From Hydrogenophilaceae bacterium (GTDB lineage: Bacteria; Pseudomonadota; Gammaproteobacteria; Burkholderiales; Thiobacillaceae), in assembly GCA_024709485.1 (NCBI GenBank), contig JANJWO010000019.1, positions 33,554 through 97,553 on the forward strand: DNA of 64,000 nt. Direction: 5' to 3'. A model generated the notes under the pieces. That model ran no database searches and was not told where the DNA came from. It was given only the letters and a program-made list of their open reading frames with translations. Shown piece after piece: positions 1 through 9,055 of the stretch; within the stretch, counting starts at the first letter, position 1, and every line of letters begins with the position of its first letter. The position numbers and the translations under genes are program-made.

Positions 1-94
1 GAAAAACCCGCCGTGGGGAATCCCCCCATGCGCCAAAGGGGTTACGCCCTGTGCCGGCCGGCGGCGCGCACCGCCTGCTATAGTGGGGTTTGCC

Positions 95-1186
95 ATGCAC
101 GCTGACCGATTCCTGCCCCACGCCGCCCTGCAAGGCCTGTATGAGGCTCTGGCAGAACGCGGCTATGCCGTCATCGCGCCGCGCGTGAAGGATGGCGCCA
201 TCTTCTACGAAGAGAGCCGGCACCCAGACAGCCTGCCCTGGGGCATCCGTCTCGAGCAGGATGCCGGCGCCAGCCGCGCCGTGCAGGACACGCACACGCA
301 ATGCTTCGCCTGGGCCAACGGCCCGCAGGCATTGAAGCCCCTGACCTTCGCGCCCAGGGAAACGCTCTGGCGCATCAAGCGCACGGCGGTAGGCTTTGCG
401 GTCGAAGCCATCGAACATGCTGCGCGCCCGCTGGCGGTGATCGGCACGCGCGCCTGCGATCTCGCCGCCCTTTCCATTCAGGACCGGCATTTCCTCGGCG
501 GCCCCTACCCCGACCCCGGCTACGCCGCACGGCGCGAGGACATGCTGCTCATCGCGGTGAACTGCACGCATCCGGCCAGCACCTGCTTCTGCGCCTCGAC
601 CGGCTACGGCCCGGCAGCGGAAGCCGGCTTCGATCTCGCGCTCACGGAACTGGAGGGCGGCTTTGTCGCCCGTGCCGGCAGCGCCAGAGGAGAAGAGTTG
701 CTGGCCGCCCTGACCCTGGAAAACGCCACGCCCGAACAAGCCGAAGCGGCGGCCGCCAGCGTCCGCCACGCCGCCGAAAGCCAGACCCGCGCCATTCCCG
801 GCACGCAGCTGCGCGATGCGCTGATGGCGCGGCTCGATCACCCGCGCTGGCGGGAAGTGGCCGAGCGCTGCCTCGCCTGCGGCAACTGCACCCTGGTCTG
901 CCCCACCTGTTTCTGCCATGCCGAAGTCGAGCTGCCGGAACTCGACGGCAGCGGCAGCCTGCACGCGCGCGAATGGGACTCCTGCTTCGGCGAGCGCCAT
1001 GCCTACATCCACGGCAAGCAGCTCAGGCCCGAAATCAGCCAGCGCTACCGCCAGTGGCTCACCCACAAGCTCGCCACCTGGCACGAGCAGTTCGGCCGCT
1101 CCGGCTGCGTCGGCTGCGGGCGCTGCATCGCCTGGTGTCCGGTGGGCATCGACATCACCGAGGAGGCGACGGCGCTGCTGAAATGA
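95..1186 (+). CDS. hydB: Group 3b [NiFe] hydrogenase (sulfhydrogenase) beta subunit, 4Fe-4S
   Basis: C-terminal [16 protein letters not shown] and [16 protein letters not shown] motifs, G-x-R-x-CD and CFC motifs of the AsrA/HydB family. First gene of a 4-subunit operon. ATG 95 preferred over GTG 83. Confidence 0.9.
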   Translation: MHADRFLPHAALQGLYEALAERGYAVIAPRVKDGAIFYEESRHPDSLPWGIRLEQDAGASRAVQDTHTQCFAWANGPQALKPLTFAPRETLWRIKRTAVGFAVEAIEHAARPLAVIGTRACDLAALSIQDRHFLGGPYPDPGYAARREDMLLIAVNCTHPASTCFCASTGYGPAAEAGFDLALTELEGGFVARAGSARGEELLAALTLENATPEQAEAAAASVRHAAESQTRAIPGTQLRDALMARLDHPRWREVAERCLACGNCTLVCPTCFCHAEVELPELDGSGSLHAREWDSCFGERHAYIHGKQLRPEISQRYRQWLTHKLATWHEQFGRSGCVGCGRCIAWCPVGIDITEEATALLK

Positions 1187-1206
1187 AGCCCAAGGCCTTA
1201 CTTCGA

Positions 1207-1336
1207 ACCACAGAGAGCACCGAGAACACAGAGAAAGCTCCGCGCTCGGCACAACAATGGCGCTATTCGGGAGTTGCCTCCAGACTATTCATGAAGCCCT
1301 TTGTTTTCCCTCCGAGAATGCCGTGTCCTCTGTGGC
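1207..1336. repeat. 9-bp-period palindromic element, subfamily A (copy 1)
   Basis: Left arm CCACAGAGAGCACCGAGAACACAGAG, degenerate right arm CTCCGAGAATGCCGTGTCCTCTGTGG. Lies between hydB and hydG. Confidence 0.85.
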
Positions 1337-1346
1337 TGACTTTTTC

Positions 1347-2180
1347 ATGAACTCCCCGCACCCACCCCAGCTTGCCCGCATCGTCGAACGCATCCAGGAG
1401 TCCGACGACATCTTCACCCTGCGCCTGCGTTTCAGCGACGCGGCGCTGCAAGACGGCTATCGCTTCACGCCCGGCCAGTTCAACATGGTCTATCTGCCCG
1501 GCGCCGGCGAAGTGCCGATTTCGCTCTCGTCCGACCCCGAAGAGCGCGAGGGTTTCGCCCACACCATCCGCGCCGTCGGCCGCGTGACCCAGGGCCTGGC
1601 CGCGCTCGGGCGCGGCGCCGAGGTCGGCCTGCGCGGCCCCTACGGGCGCGGCTGGCCGCTGGCCGAGGCCGAGGGCAAGGACGTGTTCGTCGTCACCGGC
1701 GGCCTAGGCTGCGCGCCAGTGATGGCGGTGATCCACTACGTGCTGAAGCGGCGCGAGCGCTTCAAGCGCCTCGTCATCCTGCAGGGCGTCAAGCACAGCC
1801 ACGACCTCATCTGGCGCGCGTCCTACGAGCGCTGGGCGCAGGAGGCGGACACCCAGGTACTGCTCGCCGCCAACGCCACCGAGGCGCTGTGGCCCTGGCA
1901 CGTGGGCAGTCCCATCGATCTCGTGGCGCAGGCCGAGTTCGACCCCGCCCATGCCGTCGCCATGGTCTGCGGCCCCGAGGGCATGATGGTGGCGGCGGCC
2001 AGGGCGCTGAAAGCGCGCGGCATGGATGAGGCCGACATCCACCTGAGCCTGGAGCGCAACATGCAGTGCGCGCTCGGCCTCTGCGGCCACTGCCAGCTCG
2101 GCGGCAAGTTCATCTGCAAGGACGGCCCGGTGTTCGCCTATCCGGAAGTGAAGGCGCTGCTGGAAAGGGGCGGCCTGTGA
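1347..2180 (+). CDS. hydG: Group 3b hydrogenase gamma subunit (FAD/NAD(P)-binding, 2Fe-2S)
   Basis: PGQFNM, RGPYGRGWP, GGLGCAP, VCGPEGMM and ERNMQCALGLCGHCQLG..CKDGPVF motifs. The ORF-track extension from 1257 lies within the repeat. Confidence 0.9.
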   Translation: MNSPHPPQLARIVERIQESDDIFTLRLRFSDAALQDGYRFTPGQFNMVYLPGAGEVPISLSSDPEEREGFAHTIRAVGRVTQGLAALGRGAEVGLRGPYGRGWPLAEAEGKDVFVVTGGLGCAPVMAVIHYVLKRRERFKRLVILQGVKHSHDLIWRASYERWAQEADTQVLLAANATEALWPWHVGSPIDLVAQAEFDPAHAVAMVCGPEGMMVAAARALKARGMDEADIHLSLERNMQCALGLCGHCQLGGKFICKDGPVFAYPEVKALLERGGL

Positions 2181-2974
2181 CTGTCCGGAATACACGCTTG
2201 CAGCGTCCGCGCATCGCCGTGCACAAGTTCGCTTCCTGCGACGGCTGCCAGCTCGCCTTCCTCAACGCCGGCGCGGCCCTGCTCACGCTGGCGCAGCGCG
2301 TCGACATCGTGCACTTCGCCGAAGCCGGCTGGCTCGACCCGCTCGCCGAGGTCGACATCGCCTTCGTCGAGGGCAGCATCTCCACGCCGCACGACATCGA
2401 GCGCATCCGCGCCGTGCGCGCGTCGGCGAACTACCTCGTCACCCTCGGCGCCTGCGCCACCGCCGGCGGCCTGCAGGCCTTGCGCAACGGAATCCGGGAA
2501 TCGGCGAACTGGGTGGCCGACCTCTACGCCAGTCCGCAATACATCGAAAGCCTGCCCGAGTCACGGCCGATTTCCGCGCACGTCAAAGTGGACCTGGAAA
2601 TCTGGGGCTGCCCGGTCACCACCGAACAGGTGCTGGGCGCGACCGCGAACCTTTTGAATGGCGTCGCCCCCGTCAACCCGGGCGAACCGGTGTGCGTCGA
2701 GTGCAAGCGCCGTGGCCATGCCTGCGTGGTGGTGACGCAGAACGCGCCCTGCATGGGCCCGGTCACCCGCACCGGCTGCGGCGCGCTGTGCCCCGGCGTC
2801 GGCCGCGCCTGCTACGGCTGCTTCGGCCCGGCCGAACTGCCCAACGCCGCGTCCATGGCAAAACATTTCGAACAGTCCGGATTGAGCAAACGCGAGGTCG
2901 CGCGCCGTTTTCTCTTCATCACCTCCGCGGCCCAGCCTTTCGCCGATATCGGCCGGCACTACCAGGATGAGTAG
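2177..2974 (+). CDS. hydD: Group 3b hydrogenase small (delta) subunit
   Basis: KFASCDGCQL, EGSIST, GACATAGG, GCP and C-terminal CVECK..CMGPVTRTGCGALCP..CYGCFGP. GTG start overlaps the hydG stop. Confidence 0.9.
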   Translation: MTVRNTRLQRPRIAVHKFASCDGCQLAFLNAGAALLTLAQRVDIVHFAEAGWLDPLAEVDIAFVEGSISTPHDIERIRAVRASANYLVTLGACATAGGLQALRNGIRESANWVADLYASPQYIESLPESRPISAHVKVDLEIWGCPVTTEQVLGATANLLNGVAPVNPGEPVCVECKRRGHACVVVTQNAPCMGPVTRTGCGALCPGVGRACYGCFGPAELPNAASMAKHFEQSGLSKREVARRFLFITSAAQPFADIGRHYQDE

Positions 2975-4265
2975 GCGCACGGTCAATCTGAGTGTTCCCG
3001 TGCTCGCCCGCGTCGAAGGCGAAGGCGCGCTCGACCTGTCCATCGAGAACGGCGAAATCAGCGAACTTCGCTTGCGCATTTTCGAACCGCCGCGCCTGTT
3101 CGAGAAATTCCTCGAAGGCCGCAGCCACCTGGAAGTGCCGGACATGGTGGCGCGCATCTGCGGCATCTGCCCGGTGGCCTACCAGATGAGCGCGGTGCAG
3201 GCGCTGGAATCCATCCTCGGCATCGAACCCACGCCGTGGATCCGCGACATGCGCCGGCTGTTCTACTGCGGCGAGTGGATCGAATCGCACAGCCTGCACA
3301 TCCACCTCCTGGCCGCGCCCGATTTCCTCGGCTTTTCCAACGCCATCGACATGGCCGGGAAATATCCGGATGTCGTGCGCCGCGGCCTCAGAATCCAGGA
3401 GGCCGGCAACGCCATCATCTCCTTCCTCGGCGGGCGCTCGGTGCACCCGGTGGGCGCGCGCGTGGGCGGCTTCTGGCATGCGCCCGCCGCCGCCGCCGCC
3501 GCGAAGCTGCTTGCCGAACTGCAAGCCCTGCTGCCGGAAGCGGAAGCGCTGGTGCTGTGGACGGCTGCGCTGCCGCTGCCGCACGCCACCCAGGACTTCG
3601 AATGCGTGTCGCTGGGCCATGCCGGCGAATACCCCATCACCCGCGGCCGCATCGTCTCCAGCCGCGGCCTCGACATCAGCATCGCCGCATTTGCCGATGA
3701 ATTCCAGGAAAGCCACGCGCCCCACTCCACCGCCCTGCACTGCCATCATCGCGGCCAGGATTATCTGGTCGGGCCGCTGGCGCGCCTCAACCTCAATCTC
3801 GACCAGCTGCCCGCGCCCACGCGCGCGCTGCTGGAAAGATGCGGCATGCGTTTTCCCTCGTTCAACGTGTTCCACAGCATCGTCGCGCGCGCGCTGGAAA
3901 TCCACGCGGCTTTCGTCGAAGCCATCCGCCTGCTCGAAGCGTATGCGCCGACCGCCACGCCCTACCTCGAAGCCGCGCCGCGCGCGGGCGTGGGCTTCGG
4001 CGCCAGCGAGGCGCCGCGCGGCATACTCTGGCACCGCTACGAGCTGAATGAGGACGGCAGCATCGCCAGCGCCCGCATCGTGCCGCCCACCAGCCAGAAC
4101 CAGGCGCGCATCGAAGCCGATCTGCGCGCTTCATTGCACCGCTTCGGACTCGAGCAGCCCGAAGAGAAGATCCGGCAGCACGCGGAAACCGTGATCCGCA
4201 ACTACGACCCCTGCATTTCCTGCGCCACGCATTTTTTGAAGCTCAGCATCAAGCACAAGGCATGA
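2967..4265 (+). CDS. hydA: Group 3b [NiFe] hydrogenase large (alpha) subunit
   Basis: RVEGEG, L1 RICGICPVAYQ, EAPRG, L2 RNYDPCISCATH with a short cleavable tail. Confidence 0.95.
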   Translation: MSRRTVNLSVPVLARVEGEGALDLSIENGEISELRLRIFEPPRLFEKFLEGRSHLEVPDMVARICGICPVAYQMSAVQALESILGIEPTPWIRDMRRLFYCGEWIESHSLHIHLLAAPDFLGFSNAIDMAGKYPDVVRRGLRIQEAGNAIISFLGGRSVHPVGARVGGFWHAPAAAAAAKLLAELQALLPEAEALVLWTAALPLPHATQDFECVSLGHAGEYPITRGRIVSSRGLDISIAAFADEFQESHAPHSTALHCHHRGQDYLVGPLARLNLNLDQLPAPTRALLERCGMRFPSFNVFHSIVARALEIHAAFVEAIRLLEAYAPTATPYLEAAPRAGVGFGASEAPRGILWHRYELNEDGSIASARIVPPTSQNQARIEADLRASLHRFGLEQPEEKIRQHAETVIRNYDPCISCATHFLKLSIKHKA

Positions 4266-4738
4266 ACGCCCACCTCCACCCGCCCGTTCGCATCCTCTGC
4301 ATCGGCTCGCCCGCCGAGCCCGACAACCTCGGCTTTCTCGCCGCCCACGCCCTCATGGGCCGCTTCGACCCGGAACAGGTCGAAGTGCTGGCGCTCGACC
4401 GCCCCGGCCCGCGCCTCATCGAGCACATGCGCGGCGCCGACACCGTGATCCTGGTCGATGCCGTGATCAGCGGCGCCGCCCCCGGCACCCTGCACACGCT
4501 GGAAGGCCGCGCGCTCGACGGCCTGGTGATGCACCAGACCTCGACGCACGGCTTCGGCCTCGCCGAAACCCTGGCGCTGGCCGACCGCATGGGCGAACTG
4601 CCGCCACATCTCAAATTCATCGGCCTGGAAGCCGGCGCCCAGCCCTTCGCCGCGGACGAAATCGCGCAACTGGCCAAGGCGGTGAGCGACACGGCAACAG
4701 CCGTGCTGGATTCGGCCGGCAAACCGCGGCAGGTCTGA
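4262..4738 (+). CDS. Hydrogenase maturation protease
   Basis: ILCIGS..DNLG, VILVDAV, STHGFGL motifs. Overlaps the large-subunit stop. Confidence 0.85.
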   Translation: MNAHLHPPVRILCIGSPAEPDNLGFLAAHALMGRFDPEQVEVLALDRPGPRLIEHMRGADTVILVDAVISGAAPGTLHTLEGRALDGLVMHQTSTHGFGLAETLALADRMGELPPHLKFIGLEAGAQPFAADEIAQLAKAVSDTATAVLDSAGKPRQV

Positions 4739-4758
4739 TTGTCCGCTGCCAGGCGGCA

Positions 4759-4778
4759 TTTTCAGTGTTTTCAGTAGT
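4759..4778 (-). repeat. Solo degenerate arm of the 9-bp-period family (CACTGAA core variant)
   Basis: Minus strand ACTACTGAAAACACTGAAAA. No partner arm seen. Confidence 0.4.
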
Positions 4779-4821
4779 ACGATAGGCGCACAACCACTTC
4801 ACACCGCTGAGGAGATAGTAG

Positions 4822-6189
4822 ATGTCGGACACCAAGATCCTGCTCGAAGAAAAGGACATTCCCACCCACTGGTACAACGTCGTCGCCGACATGCCCAACC
4901 CGCCCGCGCCGCCGCTGGGGCCGGACGGCAAGCCGGTCAGTCCGGAACAGATGCTGGCCATCTTCCCCGGCAACATCCTCGAACAGGAAATGAGCGCCGA
5001 GCGCTGGATTCCCATACCCGAAGCGGTGCGCGAAATCTATCGCCTGTGGCGGCCCTCCCCGCTGGTGCGCGCGCACCGCCTGGAGAGGCTGCTGGGCACG
5101 CCCGCGAAAATCTACTTCAAGTACGAAGGCGTCTCGCCCGCCGGCTCGCACAAGCCCAACTCCGCCATCCCGCAGGCGTATTTCAACAAGGAGGCCGGCA
5201 TCACCCGTCTTGCCACCGAGACCGGCGCCGGGCAGTGGGGCTCGTCGCTGGCGCTGGCCGGGCAGATGTTCGGGCTCGAAGTGCGCGTGTACATGGTCAA
5301 GGTGTCCTACTACCAGAAGCCCTTCCGCCGCTCGATGATGCAGACCTGGGGCGCCGAGGTGTTCGCCTCCCCCACCAACATGACCCATGCCGGGCGCAAG
5401 ATCCTGGAGCTCGACCCGGACAATCCCGGCAGCCTCGGTATCGCCATTTCCGAGGCGGTCGAGGAGGCCGCCTCGCGCAAGGACACCAACTACGCGCTGG
5501 GCTCGGTGCTCAACCACGTGCTGCTGCACCAGACCGTGATCGGTCTCGAAGCCAAGAAGCAGCTGGAAAAGGTGGGCGACTACCCGGACGTGATCTTCGC
5601 CCCCTGCGGCGGCGGCAGCAATTTCGCCGGCATCGCCTTCCCCTTCATGGCCGACAAGGCGGCTGGCGAGAAGCGCGCGCAGAACCTGCGCTGCGTGGCG
5701 GTGGAGCCGTCGTCCTGCCCCACCCTGACCAAGGGCGTCTACGCCTACGACTACGGCGACGCCTCCGGCTACACCCCGCTGATGCAGATGTACACCCTGG
5801 GCCACGACTTCATGCCGCCCGGCATCCACGCCGGCGGCCTCCGCTACCACGGCGACTCGCCGCTGGTGTCGCAGCTCTACCACGAGAAGCTGATCGAGGC
5901 CGTGGCGGTGCCGCAGATCGCCACCTTCGAGGCCGGCGTCACCTTCGCGCGCGCCGAGGGCATCATCCCGGCGCCCGAGTCCTGCCACGCCGTGCGCGCC
6001 TGCATCGACGAGGCGCTGCGCTGCAAGCACACTGGCGAGCCCAAGACCCTGCTGTTCAACCTCTCCGGCCACGGCCATTTCGACATGGCCTCCTACGACA
6101 AATACTTCGCCGGCGAACTGGAAGACTACGAATACCCCACCGAAGCCATCCAGGCCGCGCTGGCCAATCTGCCCAAGGTGACGGCGTGA
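4822..6189 (+). CDS. trpB2: TrpB2-type tryptophan synthase beta-like PLP enzyme
   Basis: GSHKPNSA (PLP lysine), [36 protein letters not shown]. 455 aa, no adjacent trpA. Confidence 0.9.
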   Translation: MSDTKILLEEKDIPTHWYNVVADMPNPPAPPLGPDGKPVSPEQMLAIFPGNILEQEMSAERWIPIPEAVREIYRLWRPSPLVRAHRLERLLGTPAKIYFKYEGVSPAGSHKPNSAIPQAYFNKEAGITRLATETGAGQWGSSLALAGQMFGLEVRVYMVKVSYYQKPFRRSMMQTWGAEVFASPTNMTHAGRKILELDPDNPGSLGIAISEAVEEAASRKDTNYALGSVLNHVLLHQTVIGLEAKKQLEKVGDYPDVIFAPCGGGSNFAGIAFPFMADKAAGEKRAQNLRCVAVEPSSCPTLTKGVYAYDYGDASGYTPLMQMYTLGHDFMPPGIHAGGLRYHGDSPLVSQLYHEKLIEAVAVPQIATFEAGVTFARAEGIIPAPESCHAVRACIDEALRCKHTGEPKTLLFNLSGHGHFDMASYDKYFAGELEDYEYPTEAIQAALANLPKVTA

Positions 6190-6220
6190 GTCCCCGGGCT
6201 ATTGGAAACAAGGAGCAAAC

Positions 6221-6943
6221 ATGCGTTACCTGATACTGTTGCTGCTGCTGGCCCTGCAGCCCGCCTGGGCCCTCAGCTCCGACTATGCGCGCGAAAAGAA
6301 ATGGGCCGACGAGATCGTGCCCGGCGTCGTGGTCGGCGACCCCGTATATCTCGAGGCGCAAGGCCACAAGTTCCTCGGCCTCTATACCGCAGCGCCCGAC
6401 GCCAAGGCCGGGCTGGTCATCGTGCACGGCATCGGCGTGCACCCGGACCACGGCCTGATCGGCGTGCTGAGGAGCCGGCTGGCCGACCTCGGCTACACCA
6501 CGCTGTCCATCCAGATGCCCATCCTCGCCGTCGAGGCCGACAGCAAGGCCTACGCGCCGCTGTTCCCGGAGGCGGCCGCGCGCATCCAGGCCGCCGCCCA
6601 ATACCTGCAGGACAAGGGCTACAAGAAAGTCGCCATCGTCTCGCACAGCCTGGGCTCGGCCATGACCAAGGGCTACTTCCAGAAGCATGCCGGCTCGCCC
6701 TTCGCGGTTTGGGTGTCCATCGGTCTCTCTTCCGACAGCTACGCCGGCATCAAGCTGCCGGTCTTCGATCTCTACGGCGGCGACGACCTGCCGGCGGTGG
6801 TGAAAGGCGCCAGCGCCCGCAAGAAGACGCTGGCCAACCCCAGGTCCGCGCAAACCATGGCGCCCAAGATGGACCACTTCTTCACCGGCTACGATAACGA
6901 TCTGGTGAACTACGTCAGCGGATATCTGGACAAGAACCTGTAA
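6221..6943 (+). CDS. Secreted alpha/beta-hydrolase-fold protein (DUF3530-like)
   Basis: Signal peptide, VIVHGIG, SHSLG nucleophile elbow, C-terminal DHFF. Confidence 0.7.
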   Translation: MRYLILLLLLALQPAWALSSDYAREKKWADEIVPGVVVGDPVYLEAQGHKFLGLYTAAPDAKAGLVIVHGIGVHPDHGLIGVLRSRLADLGYTTLSIQMPILAVEADSKAYAPLFPEAAARIQAAAQYLQDKGYKKVAIVSHSLGSAMTKGYFQKHAGSPFAVWVSIGLSSDSYAGIKLPVFDLYGGDDLPAVVKGASARKKTLANPRSAQTMAPKMDHFFTGYDNDLVNYVSGYLDKNL

Positions 6944-7011
6944 AGGCAACCGGCGGGCCATGGCCCCGCCCTTGCAATATGCCCTCCAGTCGGCGGTCAG
7001 GGGGCCCGCGT

Positions 7012-7356
7012 CTACACCTGCCTGACGATATCGACCGAGATTTCCACCGCCGCAATCGTTCCCCTGTTCTCAAGCCAGTGCAGGGTGTGTCTGTCCTCGG
7101 GCCAGCCTACTCCCGGCCCATAGTCCGTGGCGACTCCATTGCGATGGTCGGTGATCGTCCCTTGCAGGATGTAGACGGTGCCTGGCCGGTCCTTATGGTC
7201 ATGAAGCGGGCCGAAGACCCCGCCGGGCTCGATGGTCACCTTACGCATCCGGAGTTGGCGCCCGTCCATGCCCTCGATCTCGGGGCCGAGGTCAAGCGTT
7301 GCAAGCAACTCCACCGTAACGCCTTTCGTCTCGGGTTCCAGCTGTTCTTTGCTCAT
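7012..7356 (-). CDS. Cupin domain protein
   Basis: IEPGGVFGPLHDHKDRPGTVYILQG..WPED..HWLEN cupin motifs. RBS GGAG upstream of ATG 7356. Confidence 0.8.
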   Translation of the reverse strand: MSKEQLEPETKGVTVELLATLDLGPEIEGMDGRQLRMRKVTIEPGGVFGPLHDHKDRPGTVYILQGTITDHRNGVATDYGPGVGWPEDRHTLHWLENRGTIAAVEISVDIVRQV

Positions 7357-7373
7357 CGGGCTCTCCTTTCCGG

Positions 7374-7459
7374 GCATAAGCTAGCGAAACCGGTCCGCCA
7401 AAGCGCAGTTTTGACGAGTCCGGCAGCCGAAGGGAGCGCGCTTGAGCCGGCTTGGATGC
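7374..7459 (-). mobile_element. Possible decayed integron attC site upstream of the cupin gene
   Basis: Minus strand GCATCCA-AGCCGG-CTCAAGC...GGACTCGTCAAAACTGCGCTTTGGCGGACC...CTTATGC. attC-like layout, but both core sites are mutated. Confidence 0.4.
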
Positions 7460-7605
7460 GCCCATTTCGAGGCTCCCGAAGAATGATGGCCGACCACACC
7501 AGTATAGAAAACAAAGGCGTCATGACTAGCGTGCGTGCGGCGCCCGAGGAGCAGGCTCGCGGCCACTTGTTCGTCAGCAAACCAATCATCAATCATGGCA
7601 GGCAG

Positions 7606-7634
7606 AAAAAAGCGGGGAGCAAGCTCCCCGCTAA
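7606..7634 (-). terminator. Intrinsic terminator-like hairpin
   Basis: AGCGGGGAGC-AA-GCTCCCCGCT followed by a T-run on the minus strand. Confidence 0.6.
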
Positions 7635-7718
7635 AGTGCGGCTACAGCAATCGCCCTGCCGGCTTATGTTGCTGGCGTCTTGCGGCTTGAAACCGCCCCC
7701 CAAAATCCGCGGCTGCAA

Positions 7719-7758
7719 GAAAAAAATGCCCGCGGTGTTCAACCGGGGCATTTTTCTT
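7719..7758. terminator. Bidirectional intrinsic terminator downstream of pstS
   Basis: AAAAAAATGCCCGCGG..CCGGGGCATTTTT. Confidence 0.7.
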
Positions 7759-7791
7759 CCATGGGCTTTGCCATGGATCAGGCCGAAAGGC

Positions 7792-8823
7792 TTACTTGAT
7801 GTTCTTCATCTCCGCTTCGACCATCTTGACCACGCTGGACGGCAGCGCCACGAAGCCGAGTTCGGCGGCCATTTGCTGGCCGTTGTTGAGCGACCAGGTG
7901 AAGAAATCCACCACGCCCTTCTGCTTTTCGGCGTCGGCGCCCTTCTCGTACGCCAGGATGTAGGTGGCGGTGGTGATGGGCCAAGCGTTCTTGTGGGCCT
8001 GGTCGAGCAGGTCCGGGGCCATGCCCTTCACCTTGAAGTTCGCGCCCGCCGCCGCATCGGCAACCGACTGCTGGCTCGGCATGACGAAATTGCCGGCCTT
8101 GTTCTTCAGCGCCACGAAGTCCATGTTGTTCTTCATCGCATCGGCAATATCGACATAGCCGATGGTGCCGGCGATCTTCTGCACGTTGGCGGCCACCCCC
8201 GGGTTGCCCTTGCCGCCGATGCCGTTGGACGGCCAGTTCACGGTGTTGCCGGCACCGACGTCGCGCTTGAACGCCAGCGACTGCTTGGCGAGATAGTTGG
8301 TGAAGGCGTAGGTGGTGCCCGAACCGTCCGAACGGTGGGAGATGGTGATGGCCGTATCCGGCAGGGTCTTGCCGGGGTTGAGCCTGGCGATGGTCGGGTC
8401 GTTCCACTTGGTGATGGCGCCGCGGAAGATGTCGGCCGCGGTGCCACCGTCGAGCTTGAGGTCGCCGGACTTGAAGCCGGGCAGGTTGTAAACGATGGTC
8501 ACGCCGCCCATGACGGTCGGCACCTGAACCAGGCCGGCCGCATCCAGATCAGCTTCAGCGACCGGAGCATCGGTGCCGCCGAAATCGACCGTCTTGGCCT
8601 TGATCTGCTTCACGCCGCCGGAAGAACCGATGCCCTGGTAGTTGACCTTGTTGCCAGTGGTCTTCTGATAAGCCTCCGCCCACTTGGTGTAGACGGCGTA
8701 GGGGAAGGTCGCGCCCGCGCCGGTGATGTCCGCGGCCAGCGCGGAAAACGATGCGCTGGCGCCCATGGCCAGCGCCGCGGCCACACCGGCCAGTTTGAAG
8801 TAGACACGCTTGGATAAGAACAT
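7792..8823 (-). CDS. pstS: Phosphate ABC transporter substrate-binding protein PstS
   Basis: GAGATFP, NYQGIGSSGG, DFGGTDAP, RSDGSGTT, GKGNPGVA, WPITTATY. Signal peptide present. Confidence 0.95.
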   Translation of the reverse strand: MFLSKRVYFKLAGVAAALAMGASASFSALAADITGAGATFPYAVYTKWAEAYQKTTGNKVNYQGIGSSGGVKQIKAKTVDFGGTDAPVAEADLDAAGLVQVPTVMGGVTIVYNLPGFKSGDLKLDGGTAADIFRGAITKWNDPTIARLNPGKTLPDTAITISHRSDGSGTTYAFTNYLAKQSLAFKRDVGAGNTVNWPSNGIGGKGNPGVAANVQKIAGTIGYVDIADAMKNNMDFVALKNKAGNFVMPSQQSVADAAAGANFKVKGMAPDLLDQAHKNAWPITTATYILAYEKGADAEKQKGVVDFFTWSLNNGQQMAAELGFVALPSSVVKMVEAEMKNIK

Positions 8824-8878
8824 TGAGTCCTCCGAAAAATGATTGGTTGATCGAGCCAGTTCTTAGCTGACGGACTCG

Positions 8879-8934
8879 ATACTAAGCAGCGAAGATTTCA
8901 GGAGGATTGCAATTGGATGACAAATATATTTCTG
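8879..8934 (-). promoter_or_regulatory. Pho box array plus -10 element of the pstS promoter
   Basis: Minus strand CAGAAAT-atat-TTGTCAT-ccaa-TTGCAAT-cctc-CTGAAAT at exact 11-bp period, 10 bp upstream of TAGTAT. Confidence 0.75.
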
Positions 8935-9055
8935 TCATGGTCGTGGCCGAATATTCCACCGCGCCGTCACATGGATGACGCGCATCCAGACACGAAGGGC
9001 CGGGCACGAAACGCTCTGTGCCCGGCCCTGCAAAATTTTTTGCGTTGCGTACGGT

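Noticed and set aside
6979-8817. 612-aa plus-strand ORF and other long antisense ORFs (16745-18856, 20769-22940, 22886-24790, 49913-52183, 32242-34503)
   Set aside because: Shadow ORFs opposite well-supported genes, expected from high-GC codon bias. No recognisable motifs.
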